Origin: Callorhinchus milii
Taxonomy: Eukaryota
Length of the DNA stretch: 64,000 nt
Reading direction: 5' to 3'
Assembly: GCF_018977255.1 (NCBI RefSeq)
Contig: NW_024704743.1
Coordinates: 3,474,001-3,538,000, forward strand
The notes beneath the pieces were generated by a model that did not search any database, was not told the origin of the DNA, and was given only the letters and a program-made list of their open reading frames with translations. Shown here in pieces: positions 13,201 through 28,200 of this stretch. Positions within the stretch are counted from its first letter, which is position 1, and each line of letters starts with the position of its first letter. The position numbers and the translations under genes were made by a program.

Positions 13201-16200
13201 CACACACATACAGACTCACACACAGATAGAGAGAGTGAGACACACACACACACACACACAGAAAGAGGTACACACACAGATAGAGAGAGATACACACACA
13301 CATACAGAGCGAGACAGAGAGAGAGACACACACTCACAAACAGGCAATCTCAGCAACGGTGCAGCGTTCAGTTCTGGTTTCGGTGATGGGTTGGGATCTG
13401 GGCTAATTACTGAATGTATTTCTTCTCAGATGGAGCGGGGGCGAATGCAGCGGCAATGATCAGTCCACGACTGTCACCACACAAAGTGGCACCATCACCA
13501 GCTCCACCTGTCAAAAGGCGCTGCGACCCTTATCCCACAGTTACACCGGGTGAGCCATCCCTCTCCACACAGCAACTGTAACTGAGATATTTGCCATGAG
13601 AAGGGGCTGTATTAAAAGCAAGCTCCTTCTTTGGATCCCGATTTTAGTCATAAACGAGCAGGGTGGGCAGTTCAGTGGCAGTTGCAATTCAATGATGTAA
13701 ATGTGAAGGGTTACGTTTTGGTATTAAGAATAAGGAAAGGAAATCCACTTTAAATTATCAGTTTTTAACATGGAGCAGAGCGACCTGGTGCAGTTAAACA
13801 GGTCACTAAAGGTGACCACACAGGGAAACAATGACTCTTAATTCTTCATACCAGTAAATATCAGCTTCCAATATAATAATAATCCTCGCATTTGATATAA
13901 CGCCTTATCACGTCTTCGAAACATCTCAAAGCGCTTCGCAGAATATACTGTAAAGTGAATTGACAGTTTTTGTGACAGCCAATTGCGCACAGCACAGCAG
14001 TGACCCATAAACAATCGTGAATTGAGTGACCAATTTTGTGGTCAAATAATTTATTTTGACTTATTACCCCGGGAAAAACGATCAGCCAATCGACTAACAA
14101 CCGGGTTCCTACTTACTGCTAGGTAAGCAGAGGCACGTGGAGTAAGGAAACTTGCCCAACGTTTTGCCTTGCCCGGGAATCAAACCCAGCCCCTCTCGTT
14201 TGCGAGTACCAGGTCTTTTCATATACCACACCCAGTGCCAACAAGGAACATGACTTATGGAACAAGTCCCCAATTTGGTGAGAATCATGCCTTGCTCCCT
14301 CCCTTGCCTCCTTCAAGGCATGATTAAGACCCACCTCTTCGACCGTGCCTTCGACCACACTCCAACCCCTACCTTCCCTGCCCTCCACCCTTCCTGATCC
14401 CAACCCCAGCTCAGGTCCAACTCACTGACTGTCCAATGCCTTGGGATGTCCTCCCGACAAGAAAGGCACTATACAAATGTTGTTGTTATTGACCATACAG
14501 TCAATGATGATCCCCTTAACTCTTTATACCAGTAAATATCAATTCCCAATAATGTGCCGTTCTGCTCTGATAGTAACTCGTTGTCAGTGTTTCTGTTCTC
14601 TTCTCTCAACAGTACGTCAGCAGCAGGCATGTCAGGCCAAAGGCCAAGGTCTGAGCGAACATCTGTTCCTTCCACATCCAGCGGCAATAGCGAGCCCAAT
14701 GCAACATGGATCAAGTCCCCAACATGGTGAGACCTGAAGTGGCTACAGAGAAGCTTCTGCCCAGCATTCATAGTGAATACTGAGAAATAGAGACATCCAG
14801 GGTCAGTGGCCAGCACTGATATTCTGTGCTGAGGAACAGTGATAAATGAACAGGGCGGGCAGCTCAGTGGCAGATGAGTTTAATAATGTAAAATGTTACA
14901 TTTTAGTGTTCAGAATACAGAAAGTAAACCCATCATAAATGATAAGCGGAGCAGAGAGACATTGGTGTGCAGACACATAGGTCACTGAAGGCCACATGGT
15001 CAATGATGATCCCCTTAACTCTTCATACCAGGAAAAGCAGTCCCCAGTATTGTGCCATTCTGCTGTGATAGTAGCTCCCAGCCTCACATCTCCAGGTTTT
15101 GTCATCACTGTTTCTGTTCTCTTACAGGATTCCAACAGGAGGCACCTGAGGAGGAAGATGAGTGTCCTTATTTAGCAAGTCCAATGGCAGCATCAAGCCC
15201 AGTGCACCCAGTCTCACAGTACGGTGAGTCCTGGAGTATGGGCCCAGTGAGGCTCAACTTAATAGTCAGGGGCTGATGGGCAAGGTGTGGGGAGACTTGG
15301 AAATGGTGAGGAAAATGGCACTGGAGGGGACAATGACACTGATATTCTGTTCGAAGGACAGTGACACCCGGGGTCAGTGCCCAGCACTGATATTCTGTTT
15401 CATTACAGACTGGACAAAATTGACATATGCTACAGCTCCTCAGTCCCCAGGCATAGGGTCCTATGAAGATGAAGAAATATTGGGAGGAGGTCCTGAATAT
15501 GGTGAGTGAGTTTCCCCTCATTTTTCACCTGAGCCTCTACTCAGGACCAGTGTATTGGGCGGTGGGCACAGGGTGGGGATGGGGGGGGGGGGTTGGTGTG
15601 CATGGGGTGGGCTGAGAGAACAGTGCGGCACTGTGATTGGCTCACAGTGTGGTGCTAATGATGGGGTGAGAGAAGGGGCTAATGGGAGGGTGATTGGAAG
15701 TGTTAAGGTGTGTTGGGTGGGTTAGGGACAAAGACTTGAATATTCAGGTTCTCTGTTTGCAGGTTTTCCGAACATGGATGTGGACGAACTGCCCTTAAGA
15801 AGAAGAATGGCTGTAACTGGTAAGAGCTGTCCTTTGCAATGAGGAGAGCATACTCACTCCCACAAACACGCAAGCTCCTGTTACACACACTCACCACCGT
15901 TACACACACTCACGCCCCGTTACACACACTCACGCCCCGTTACACACACTCACGCCCCGTTACACACGCCCACGCCCCGTTACACACGCTCACGCCCCGT
16001 TACACACTCTCACGCCCCGTTACACACACTCACGCCCCGTTACAAACACTCACGCCCCGTTACACACACTCACGCCCCGTTACAAACACTCAGTGCCTTG
16101 CACTGATAGAATAGAATGGTGGAAGAGGCATGAGGGGCTGAATGGGCTCCCATTCCTTTGCTGCTGTTGTGTTTTTAATAGCAGACCTGGTAAGCTACCA

Positions 16201-19200
16201 ACACCCGGCCAGCGGACATTCAGGAAGCAGCTACTTTACAGACTCCTTAGAAGAGCCACAAAGAAGGCCAGGAGGAGCGTGTGGTGAGTGAGCTTCTCAT
16301 TATTCTCCATGTATCACTGTGTCCTGGGGCCAGAGTGTGGGGCCGATTAGGATGGGGTTGATTAGGGCCCAAAAAGGAAAGCTTCTTGTTGAGGCAGAGG
16401 TCATGGCTGAGGAACTGAATGAGTACTCTGCATCTGTCCTCACAAAAGAAGAGCATGCTGCCAAGGTCACGGTAAAGAAGGACGAGTAGAGAGATTGGAT
16501 AAGATTAAAAATAGATAGAGAGGAGTTACTTAACAGGATCACAGCGCTCAAAGTAGAAATGTCACCTGGGATGCATCCTAGATTGATGAGCAAAGTAAGG
16601 GTGGAAATAGCGGAGGCTCTGGCCACAATCTTTCAATCCTCCTTGGATATAGGAGTAGTGCTTGAGGACTGGATGGTTGCAAATGTTACACCCCTGTTCA
16701 AAACAGAGGAGAGGAATAAATCTGGTAACGACAGACCAGTGAGCCGAATAGTCAGGCCCTACCATTGTCAAGCACTCTGAGATGCTAGAAACTTCTAGCG
16801 ACCATAATTTACGAAAAAAAAATTTTTATTTGGATAAACATGGATTAATAAAGGACAGCCAACACGGATTTGTTAAAGGCAAATTGTATCTAACTAACTT
16901 GGAATATTTCTTCGTTGAAATAACGGAGAAGGTTGATGAAGGTGGTGCAGTTGATGTTGTGTACATGAAGTTACACACACTAATGAAGGGGGCAGAGGGG
17001 GAGAGGGGGTTAGATGGGCAGTGGGGGGTTAGAGGTTGGAGGCCTGGCATGTAGGGTGGGGGCTGTGGACAATAATCTAAATATTTCTGTTCTCTGTTCC
17101 CAGAGTTTCCCCAGAGAGGTCTGGCCCAACAATTTCCAGTAGCTCACTCGCCCCCGAGAAGGCGAATGGCTGGTAAGAGCCACCTCAATGTTCCCATCGC
17201 CTTCCTCGCCGGTCTCCCCAACTCAACCACTGATCAAATCCAATTCATTCTGTCGCCCACATCCTCACCTGTCCTAAACTCCGCACCCTCATCGTTTCAA
17301 TCCTTGTCAGTCTCCAGGCCCATAATAATAATGATAATCCTTGCATTTGATATAGCGCCTCATCATGTCATTGAATTGACTGTATATTTTGTGGGCGGTG
17401 TTCGACAAACAGTCATGGATGAGTGACTAATTTTTCTTAAAAAGCGATCCGCCCATCGACTAACAACCGGGTTCCTACTCACTGCTAAGGTAAACAGAGT
17501 TGTGTGGAGTAAGGAAACTTGCCCAACATTTTGTCCTGCCCAGGAATCGAACCCAGGTCTCTCGCTTGCGAGGTGAGCGCTCTAACCACTGAGCTACAGG
17601 ATTTGAGGGTGTTGCTGAGGGGATTATTGTGTTTGCTCACAGGGCCTCCGTACAAAGATGCAGCGTTCTTTCCCACTGATTTTGTGGCGCCCACAGATTT
17701 GGAACCACCTCAAATCAGTAAGTGCTGCGGTGGGAACCTGGCGCTCAGTATCGTTCCAGGCTTTGGGAAGCAGACATTGCTGAGAGAGACCAACCAGCCT
17801 GCCTCGCCACAGGGCCTGTGGAGCAGACGGGGCTGGGATTCCTCTCGCTCGGCCCTTATCACACTGATTCCAACCAGGATCCACTGGCTCCCAATTACCA
17901 AACGGATCGATTTACAAGATCCTCACACTCGTTTTCAAATCCCTTCATGCCCTTGCACCTCCCTACCTCTCCGATCTGCTTACCCCCGACCCACAATCCA
18001 CTGCCTCCGCTCGCCGGGTTCCATCCTTCTGCATGTTCCTCGTGCCCTCCATTCCACCATTGGTGGCCGCTCTTTCAGCCACTGTGCCCCGACATTCTGG
18101 AGCATTCTTCCTCTATCCCTTCACCTTGCCCCCTCCTTCCCCATCTTCAGTCGCGCCTGAAAGCCTTCCTCTTCGACCGTGCCAATGGTCACCTCCCCCT
18201 TCCCTCCTCCCACTGCTCGGAGTCGTGATCTGCTAGTGTCAGTGCGCTGCATGAGGGCCACTGGTATTTCCTCCCTCTGTGGCCAGGATACAGAACGTTG
18301 ACTATATAAGTGCAAGTTGTTGTTGAAACTCTGGAACATTCTCCCTCAATCCCTCCGTCTTGCTCCTCCCTCCCCTGTTTCAAATCCCACCTAAAGTGCT
18401 TCCTTTTTGATTGTGCTTATGGTCACCTCCCAATCCCTCTCCCCTTGGCTTGGTGGCAGACTCCGCTACTGTCAAGCGCTCCAAGACACTACCACGTGTG
18501 ATGTGCGCTGTTTCAATGCAAGTTGTTGTCGTCGTGCTCGCTGGACAAACAGCAGACAGTGTCGGAATTGCCGAGCTGGTTGAGCTTCAGTAAGAACCCT
18601 GTGTGGGGGAGCAAGGCGGGTCAGCGGGTTAGTTTGTCTTGTGTGATGGCCGCTGGTGTGTGGGTGCTGTAACTCTGGGATTCCTCTATAGTCAGATGGT
18701 ACCTTGTGTGTATGTACAGTGTGCCCGATGCCTGAGTTCAGGAAGCCATCGCCACTTCCAGTCCAAACCGAGCCACAACCATACGTTGAGCGTCGCATAG
18801 GTAAGTGCTGCCATTGGTATCAGGGGCCTGGGCCACTCAGCACTGTGCAGCCTCCACTGGAGGGGGAGTGTATTTGTGTGTGTGTGTGTAGTGAAGTGGG
18901 GTGGGTTTGGCTAGACGGGGAGGGGGTGTGGTGGAATAATAGGGGTGGGGTGTTGGTGTGGAGGGCAGTGCGAGCAGGTAGTGTGGGGTGGTGATGAGGA
19001 GGCCCAGAGCTCATTATTTCCTCTCTGTGGCCAGGATACAGAACGTGCACTATGCGGCCAGAGGACCTTATCCTACCCAGTACGTTTGTGCTTGCTCCAC
19101 CACCGAAAGGAAAGAGAAAAGACAGGCGTAAGTTCAACTAGAAATGTGTTGCATGACATAATATCTGGGCTCTTTGTGTGTCTCTGGGGCCACAGGCTGA

Positions 19201-22200
19201 GAACTACCTTCCAACCACACATAGAGACACAGTGAGTATTGTAATGGTGTAATAGACAGTGAGTATTGTAATGGTGTAATAGACAGTGAGTGCAGTAATT
19301 GTGAATGGTGTTATGGTGAGTACAGTGATGGTGAGTGGTGTAATGGACACATTAATGGTGAGTAAAGTAATGCAGTGCAAGCGTAGACAATGAGTTCCGA
19401 GTCCTGATATGGGGATTGAACCCATAACCTTCTGACTGGGAGGTCAGAGTGCTCCCCACTGAGAGAGGCTGACCCCCGCTCATTGAGTCATTGACACACA
19501 GTCCAGTGAAGGTGGCTGTGCAAGGAAACTTCAACTTCATACCAATTCTGCTCAGATGGTCGAGCTGAGCCACACAGTGAGATGGTTTGATGACTCTAGT
19601 TTCCTTCTGTTTTCAGCAGTACATCAGCAGCAGGCGTGTGAGGCCAAAGGCCAAGGTCTGAGCCAACATCTGTTCCTACCAAATACAACAGCAACAACGA
19701 GCCCAATGCAACTTGGATCAAGTTCCCAACATGGTGAGACTTGAAGTAGCTGTGTAAGGGTCGCTCTTGTTTACTACACATGTCAATCATCTGGGTTCAG
19801 GAATTGAGAGAATAATAATGAATTTTACTGAGATCTTAAATTGGAGGCAAATTGTAACAAAGATCATGAACAATTACATGAAAAACAGATAGACGAGCTG
19901 GGTGGGCAGCTCAATGGCAAGCTATGTGGTTTTAGCTGGTTAGACTCCAGGTGTCCCCAAGCCTTGGCTTTTGCCAACCTGCGCCCAATACTCTCCAGAA
20001 TCAGGTAAGCAGGATGCATCCCTCCAGGGAGAAAATGCGTATTCCATTCCAATAAATATCTCGGAAATTTCCGAGCATAGGTAGGATGCATAGAATTCTG
20101 TTTGGTTTGGATACTCAGGCATAGGTGATGGGTTTCTGCCTGTGTCAGACACCCGGCTGACCAAAAACACTATTTGGTGGGAGGGTTAGAAGTGGTGAGG
20201 AACATTGCGCACCGACTCGGTGTCCTATCAGCACTGATATTCTCTTGTTAATTACAGGCATGTCGAAATACACATTCCCTTCAAGCTTTCACTCACCAGG
20301 CGGAATGTCCTTTCAAAATAAATCGGTAGGATCACCCAAATGTGGTGAGTGAGTTTCCCTCTGTCGGGAGGTGGGGGGTGTGGAAGTGGGGGGGAAGGAG
20401 GTATGGAGCGGATCATTGGGGGAGAGGATCATTGGGGGAGAGGATTATTGGGCAGGGATTATTGGGCAGGGATTATTGGGAGCTTTATCCTCTGTTATGT
20501 TCTCTTACAGGAATTCAGCAACCACTGGGGGCACATTTGTTTCTACCCACAACAAGGGAAGCATGGAGCCCAGATTTCTCAGGAGCAGGACCGCAGCATG
20601 GTGAGTTGTAGAGAAGCAGGAGTGGCAGGGTCTGTACCCCAGAGAAACCTTTAGCCATTTCCATCATTTACATTAAGGCAAATATTTGTAGGAGTAATAC
20701 TGTCCTTTCCGCTCTGCGAGCCTATGGCCCACATCCTCCCCCGGCTCCACTGGTTCCCCATTTTCGAGGGGATCCGGGTTTGATTCCCGGACAGAGCAAA
20801 ACCTTTGGCAAGTTTCCTTACTCCACACGCCTCTGTTTACCTAGCAGTAAGTAGGAACCCAGTTGTTAGTCGATTGGCGCATTGCTTTCCAAGAGTAATA
20901 ATCCCTCAAAAAAAAATGTGGTTAATAATTTTTTAAAAAATTGGTCACTCAATCTATGAATGTTTGCCCAATTGGCTGCCGCATTTCGTCCACAAAATAT
21001 ACAGTCATTCCACTTTATAGTGTATCATGAGAAGCGCTTTGAGACGTCTCAACAACGTGATAAGGTGCTATATCAAAGGCAAAGATTATTATAATAATTG
21101 AAGCCTGGCTTTGATTGTCTTAGTTGAGGTGACTGTTTCTGGGTCTGTAGCAACAGGGTTGTCGATGAGCAGGTCTGCAGAGTTTGAGGAGTTTATGGTT
21201 GAAGATTTGAAAGCTCCATCCCAATGCTGTGAGTATCTGAATAACCAAAGTATCTCTGCTAAAAACATTACTCCTTTTTTACCCCAAAGTATTTTGCCAA
21301 ATGTCAGCCTGACTCAAGCTGCTTGAAGATTTGTCTGGGCCGGAAGGGCTCAAGCCCCCATGTCAGGATCTTTCAGCTCACAGTCCAGGCTGACACTCGA
21401 ATCAAGCACTGGGCAAACCCTGCATTGTTGGAGGCACTACATTGTCCTGCCAATGGGATGTGAAACCGAGGCCCCATCTGTGCCTGTTCAGGTGGACATT
21501 AAAGATCCTGCCTCACTTTTGAAACAGAGAATCAAAGGAATCTTACAGCACAGAAAGGAGGGCATTTGGCCCATCGTGCTTGTGCCAGCTCTTTGAAAGA
21601 GCTACTACCAACAACAACAACTTGCACTTTATAGCGCTCTCCATGCAGGGTGACGTCTCAAAGCGCTTAACAGTGGCTGAGCCTGACTCTGAGCCGGTGG
21701 GGGGGGAGGTAGCCATAAGCATGGTCGAAGAGGAAGGTTTACAGGCAGGATTTGAAAGAGGGGAGAGGGGGGGCAAGGTGGAGGGATTGAGGGAGTGTTC
21801 TAGAGTTTTGGGGCTTAGTGGCTGAAAGCACGATCTCCGATGGTGGGGTGCAGGGCACGAGGGTCGAGCTGAGGCACCAGGTGGTGGATTGGGGAGTGAG
21901 GAGGTCGGAGAGGTAGGGAGGTGCCAGAGAGTGAAAGTATTTGAATACGAGTGTGAGGTTCTTGAAGTCGATCCGTTCGGTGATGGGGAGCCAGTGGAGC
22001 CTGGGCCAGAACTGGTGAGATATGGGTACGCAGTTTGGTCTGGGTAAGTATGCTGGTGGCAGATTTCTAAATGAGCTGGATCTTTTGAAAGTGGAGCTGG
22101 GGAGACCGGCGAGGAGTGTATTTGAGTAATCTAGACGGGAGGTGACAAACACATGCACGAGGGTTTCGGTTGCATTTGGGGTAAGGTATGGTCAGAGGCG

Positions 22201-25200
22201 GGCAATGTGGCGGAGGTAGAAGAAGGCGGTCCTGGTCAGGGACCGGAGGAGGGGGAGGAAGGACAGCTGGGGGTTGAACCAGACGCCTAGATTGCGCATC
22301 GGTTCGGTGAGTGTGAGGGAGAATCTGGGGAGGTTGAGGAGTTCAGATCTGCAGGAGTAAAGACATTGACGGGAGCCAAGGAGTCTTGACCACATTCAGT
22401 TCCACCAACTAGTCCCACTCCCCGCTCTTAACCCATAGCCCTGCAATTTTTCCCTTTTCCAAGTACCTATCTTTCGAAAGCTACTATCGATTATTATTGA
22501 TTAGGCCTCCTGTTTTCCCTCGTCCCTCTGCTCCACCATCAGTGGCCACGCATTCAGCCACTATGCCCCTGGAACTCTGGACCTCTCTCCCTCAATCCCT
22601 CCACCTTGTCCCCTCCCTGCCCACCTTCAAATCCCATCTAAAGATCTTTTCTGATCATGCTTACGGTCAGCTCCCCCCTCTCCCTGGCTCGGGTTCAGAC
22701 TCCACCACTGTCAAGCACTCCGGGACACTACCCCACATAAAGGGCGCTATATAAATGCAAGTTGCTGTTGAATCTGCTTCCATGACCCTTTCAGGAAGTG
22801 CATCCAGACCATAACAACTTTCTGGGTAAGAAATAAATCGCTCACTGACCTGATGGCTGTGTGCAGGACCTTGCCATACGCAAATTGGCATTTGTCTATG
22901 ATTGATACAGTCAACAATAACTTGGATCGATCTAGCGCTGTTCGCCTAGGCTAAAGTTTCGCAGTGCCTTGCCACAATGCTCTGTGGAAGCTGTGTGAGA
23001 GGTTTCGATGGTAAAGGTGCTGGATCAGATGGGAGGCTTATACCTGATTGTGTGTTTAACCAGTATTCTCATCATTCCTGCACCTGGTGACTGAGGATAC
23101 CCTGGCGGACGAAAGTGCCAGGGCTCTCCATGACATGAATCCTGAAATGCTGAGGTCACCCTCACGCTCAGTGTACTGTAAGTACCAGAGAGACAGCAAG
23201 GCTTGTGGTAAGCCAGGCCACAGGGTGCTAACCCGCTCACAGGTACCCTGACAGGGAGGGGAGGGAAGGTTCCTTTGCCTGAATTGTGTAGGCGTTGAGG
23301 GGGTTTATACTGATAATAATACTTTCATGTTACTGCCTTTCATGTTAGTAGGACGTCTCAACTTTGTGTGTGATTAAAGGTTATAGAATCATAGAATATT
23401 ACAGCAGAGAAGAAGGCCATTTGGCCCATTGACCCTGTGTAGCTCTTTGGAAATGCTACCCAATGAGTCCCACTTCCCTGCTCTTTCCCCATAACCTTAT
23501 AAGTTTTTTCTTTTCAAGTATCTATCCAATTTCCATTTGAAAGTTGTTATTGAATCTGTTTCCACCAGCCTTTCAGGCAGTGCATTCTAGACCATAACAA
23601 CTCTCTATGTAAAAAAAAATACTCATCTCTCATATAGTTCTCTTGCTAATTATCGTAAATCTGTTTCCCCTGGTTACCAACCCACCTACCAGTGGAAACT
23701 ATTTCTCCCTATCTACTCTGTCAAAACCCCTCATAATTTTGAACACCTCTATTAAATCCTCCTGAACCTTCTCTGCTCTAAGGAGAATAATCCCAGCTTC
23801 TCTAGTCTCTCCATGTAACTGAAGCCCTACCCCTGCACCCTCTCCAAGGCCGAGACATCCTTCCTAAATCTCTATAAAATCTTGACATTGTTATTGCAGT
23901 ACTATGTACCGTTCTGGATGCCATATTACAGGAAGTGTATTGGAGCAGTATTATAGCTTGCTCTCCCTCTCTTCTCTCCAGGGTGGGGGTTGGTGTGGAG
24001 TATAAACACCTGCACAGACAGTTGAGCCAAGTGGCCGGTTTCCGTGCTGTAATGTTGCATGTATGAAAGTACGTCCATTTGATCTCATATTTCCAGAACA
24101 CCTGCCTGACCCACTTCCCATTATAGCATCAAGCTGTTCCGTAAATGAATTCCAGATGGCCTCAGTCATCATCCTGGTGACCCTGATCCCCTCCCTCTCT
24201 GGTGTCTGTCCTAACAGGGAGTGTGAAGGGCAGTTATAGGCTTGGTATATTGGAAAGTATTGTTCTGTATTTACTTTCTCAATCTCATTCAGCATGTGTA
24301 TCATATAATATAGTACTGTGCATATAACTGTTTCCCAGAGCTTATTCCTTCAACTCTGGGGATCATCCTTAGTGTTCTGCTCTGTCCTGCCTCGAGGGCA
24401 CCCCTTAAATCATGCAACAACACCATTTATGTAGCACCCCTCACCCGGGATAGCGTCCCAGAGCGCTTGAAAATGGTGGAGCACGACATCGAGCCGGGGG
24501 AGGTGACCGTAGGCAGGATTGAAGAGGAAAGTCTTCAGGTGCGACTTGAAGGTGGGGAAGGAAGGGGCAAGGTGAACGGGTAGAGGAATAGTGTTCCATA
24601 ATTTTGAGGCATAGTGGTTGAAAGCATGGTGACTGATGGTTGATTGGAGAGCACAAGGGAACGAGCAGGGGGCCGGAGCCAGTCGAGCGGAGGCAGTGGG
24701 TAGCGGGTTGGGGAGTAAACCCATCGTACATGTGCCGGCTTGTTGGAAGAGCTACCCATCAGTCCCATCATTCCCACGAGCATTCCTCATATCCTTGAAA
24801 ATGTTTCCTTTTCAAGTACCTATCCAATTCGCTTTTGAAAGTTGTTTTTGAATCTGCTTCCACGAACCTTTTAGTTAGACTAAGCTCCTGTTCTGTGTGT
24901 TTAAGGCTTAGACTGATCTCCTATTCTGTGTGTTTGAGGGTTAGACTGAGCTCCTGTTCTCTGCTTATTGACAGCGCCGTCTTCAGTGGTGAATTCCGAA
25001 TATCTGGAAAATGAGAATTTGTTCCATCCCCAAGGTAAGCCATCCCCAAGGGAATGATGAGTGAGTGAGTGAGTGAGTGAGTGAGCAAGTGCGGTGATCC
25101 GACAAGCAGAAGAGGAAGGCAAAGGGAAGCAGTGTTATCTGTCCTCTAATATCCTGGAGTGTAAGTGTTCAGCGCTGGGTTCCTCTTGGGCCGAGTCTAG

Positions 25201-28200
25201 ACTGACACTGCACACAATGCTGGGCAGCATTGTATGGTTGGAGGCATCATTCAGATGAGATGTTAAATCACCTGAATATTCACAATCCTGTGCAGTTCTA
25301 TACAATTTACATCTATACAGTGCCTTTCATGTCAGGATGACAACCAGAACATGGGAACTGGGGGAGGCCATTCAGCCCATGAAGCCTCTTCTGTCTGTTC
25401 AGTAGATCATGGCACTTTGAACTCACAGTCTAAACTGAGATGCCATTGCAGTGCTGGGGTAGGGTTGTATTACCAGAGGTGCCGTCCTTCGGATGAGACT
25501 TTAACTGAGTTGCTGTCTGCCTATTTAGGTCATTGTTAAAGATTCCGTGGCACTGTTTGGAAAGAGAAGGAAGTTTCTATCTCGGTGTTCTGGCCAACAA
25601 TCCCCCAAATAGGAATGGTTATTTACTTCACGGCTGTTTGCAGGACATTGCTGCGTGCAAATTTCCTGCTGTTTTCACACATAAAATATACAGTCACTGC
25701 ACTTTACAGTAAATCCTGTGAAGCACCTTGAGACTTCTCGATGATGTGATAAGGCGCAGTGTCAAATATAAGGTTTATTGTTATTATCTTTAATAGTTAT
25801 TATTATTTAATAATAGTAATAAATAATAATAACCTTGCATTTGAAATAGCACCTCATCGAGATGTATTAAAGTGCTTCACGGACTCTGCTGTAAAGTGAA
25901 TTGACTGTATATTTTGTGGGCGAACCACGGCAGCCAATTACGCACAGCAATTAATTCCTATTTCCTGTTTTCCGCCTTTATTCCACACGTCTCCATTTGC
26001 CAGGTCTCTATCCATCTCCCTTTTTAAACATCCCAGTCTACAACCTTCTGAGGTCATGCGTCCTCGCACTCTCTGCATGCCGACATGACATGTTCCCTGA
26101 TCCCACCTCTTAACCGTCCTGGCTTTGATGTTAAGATCACAACCCCTTATTTTGGAAGGAAATGTTGTCCACCTCCCAGCTTGTCAATTCTCTTCATTAT
26201 TTTACACACCTCCATCCAATCAAGCCCATAACGTCAGCATGCTCCAGCCTGGGCACTGTGTCTCCTCTCCAATACAGTCTCCTCTCCAATACAGGCTACA
26301 GGGGCAGCTCACCGTCAGTCCGTGAAAAATCGCAGGATCATACTCCCCGCCACTCGTCCGTCTGCAGTAAATGTGGTGAGTATCCCCATCCCAGAGCTCC
26401 GCCACTGTCATGCGCTCCAGGAAGCTACCCTGCGTAAGGGGCGCTATGTAATTGCAAGTTGTGGGAGTTGTCATTGTTGAGTTCTGGGGGCTGAGCACGG
26501 ACTGAGCCAACGTTGTTTGGGCTCTCAGTAGGATAAGATGTTGGAGTGGTTTCCAATGACAAGTTAGGGAGAAGGAAGAGAGGAGGGAGAAGGGGAGGTG
26601 ACCCCAGGTGCTGTCGATGTAGGTTTTTAGGTGGGATTTAAAGACATGTAGTGGGGTGGGGGTGGCAACGGGGACAACTATAACTACAACAAATTGCATT
26701 TACACAACGTCTTTCACGTCGGGAGGACATCCTGATTTGCTGGAAAGATGGAGGAGTAGAGGGAGTTCGAGAATGGGGGTCAATCCGTCGTTGAAAAATT
26801 CCCCAAGCTTGTTAGTTTGCTTTTGTTGGTAATTTCACCTCTAGTTCCTGACTCTCTGGCACCCCCCTCTCTGCCCCGTGCTCCCCCCTCTGCCCCGCGC
26901 TTCCCCCCTCTACCTGCGCTTCCCCCCTCTGCCCCGCTCTGTGTTATGTGACTGTGTTGCTGTGGCACTAATCCCTGTTCTCTCCTCAGTGATGAGGAAT
27001 GAATCCCTGAACAGGTCTAGGAGGCAACACCACCAGAGTGGTAAGTGGGGGCAGGAAGGGCAGCCTGGGGTGTGGTGACAGGTGGTGAGGGTGGCACTGA
27101 TTTATTGATGGAGGGGGGAGAGGGAGGGGTGCCTGTCTGACAGCTCAGTGACCCTGGCCAAGCACCTCTCCTCTTACCACAGGAACAGGCCTCAAGCCAT
27201 CCTGGCTGCTTTTCTAAACAGCCTTGGTCGGTCAATCATTCCATTTCCCTTCGCTTTCTCCCTTAATGGTTTTGCTGTTCACATTCTTAACCAGTTGCCT
27301 GTTGACCAACTCTGTCCTTCGGATGAGACGATAAACTGAGGTCCAGTCTGTGCCTATTCAGATGGATGTGAAAGATCTTGCGACGCTATTGGAAAAGAGA
27401 AGGGCGTTTCTCTTTCTCTCTCCCGGTGTCCTGGCTGATAATCCCCTAGGTATTGGTCATTCACCTCACAGCTGCTTGTGGGACATTGCTATGTGCAAAT
27501 TAGCTTCTGCCATTGTCTGCACAGTTGTCTCCATCCTGTGAACCTCCCACCAAGCCACCTCCCCCTTTATTCCAATCTTTTCAAATGGGTGTTTGATCTC
27601 AGCTTTCCTCCTCCCCCCATCCTAACCCAACTTGGATGTCCGGTTAGCCTTGTGAAGCACTTTGAGGCATTCTCCTGATGAGATAGTCGCTGTATAAATG
27701 TAAACCCACCTCCTAACTAGCCTTTGAGAGAAGAAATTGTAAGCTCTCCTCATGACCTATGCCTCTCGTTGCCAATCTTGGAGGCCAAGGACAACCCCAG
27801 GTTCCTTTTCATCACCACCAACCGACTACTCCATTCACCGCTCGCACCTCGCCTAACCTCTCCTCCAACGCCAACTGTGCAGAGATGCTGGACTTCCTCG
27901 AGACCAAAATCGAGGGGATCTGCTCAACGGCCTCTTCCCTTCCAACTACTATCCTCTCCCCATCTCCCCCTCACACTCCGGCTCCTGCCCATCCCTCCCT
28001 CTAGACCTTCGACCTTGTCTCCCTCTCCTCTCTCACCACCATTTTGACCCATATGAAACCCAACTCCTCCTCCCTCGACCCCAACCCGATCCCAGGCAGT
28101 GGAACTTGGAGGTAAGGAGAAGGGTAAGGATGGGGTCGGGGTAGAGAGTGGACAGTCTGACATTGCCTGAACTTTGGCCTGCAGGTCAGCAGCAAGTGTA

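Larger units (their letters stand above)
1200..19760 (+). repeat. Intragenic tandem segmental duplication. Units start near 1200, 8600 and 17610; inner duplication 5640-6840 vs 6870-7660
   Basis: Exons and flanking intron sequence recur in the same order (e.g. GPPYEGAAFFP exon x3, CPMPEFRKPSP exon x3, DLVSYQH exon x3). Confidence 0.92.

Noticed and set aside
15880..16092. Regular 20-bp repeats resembling a CRISPR array
   Set aside because: No unique spacers and a eukaryotic context; this is a minisatellite.
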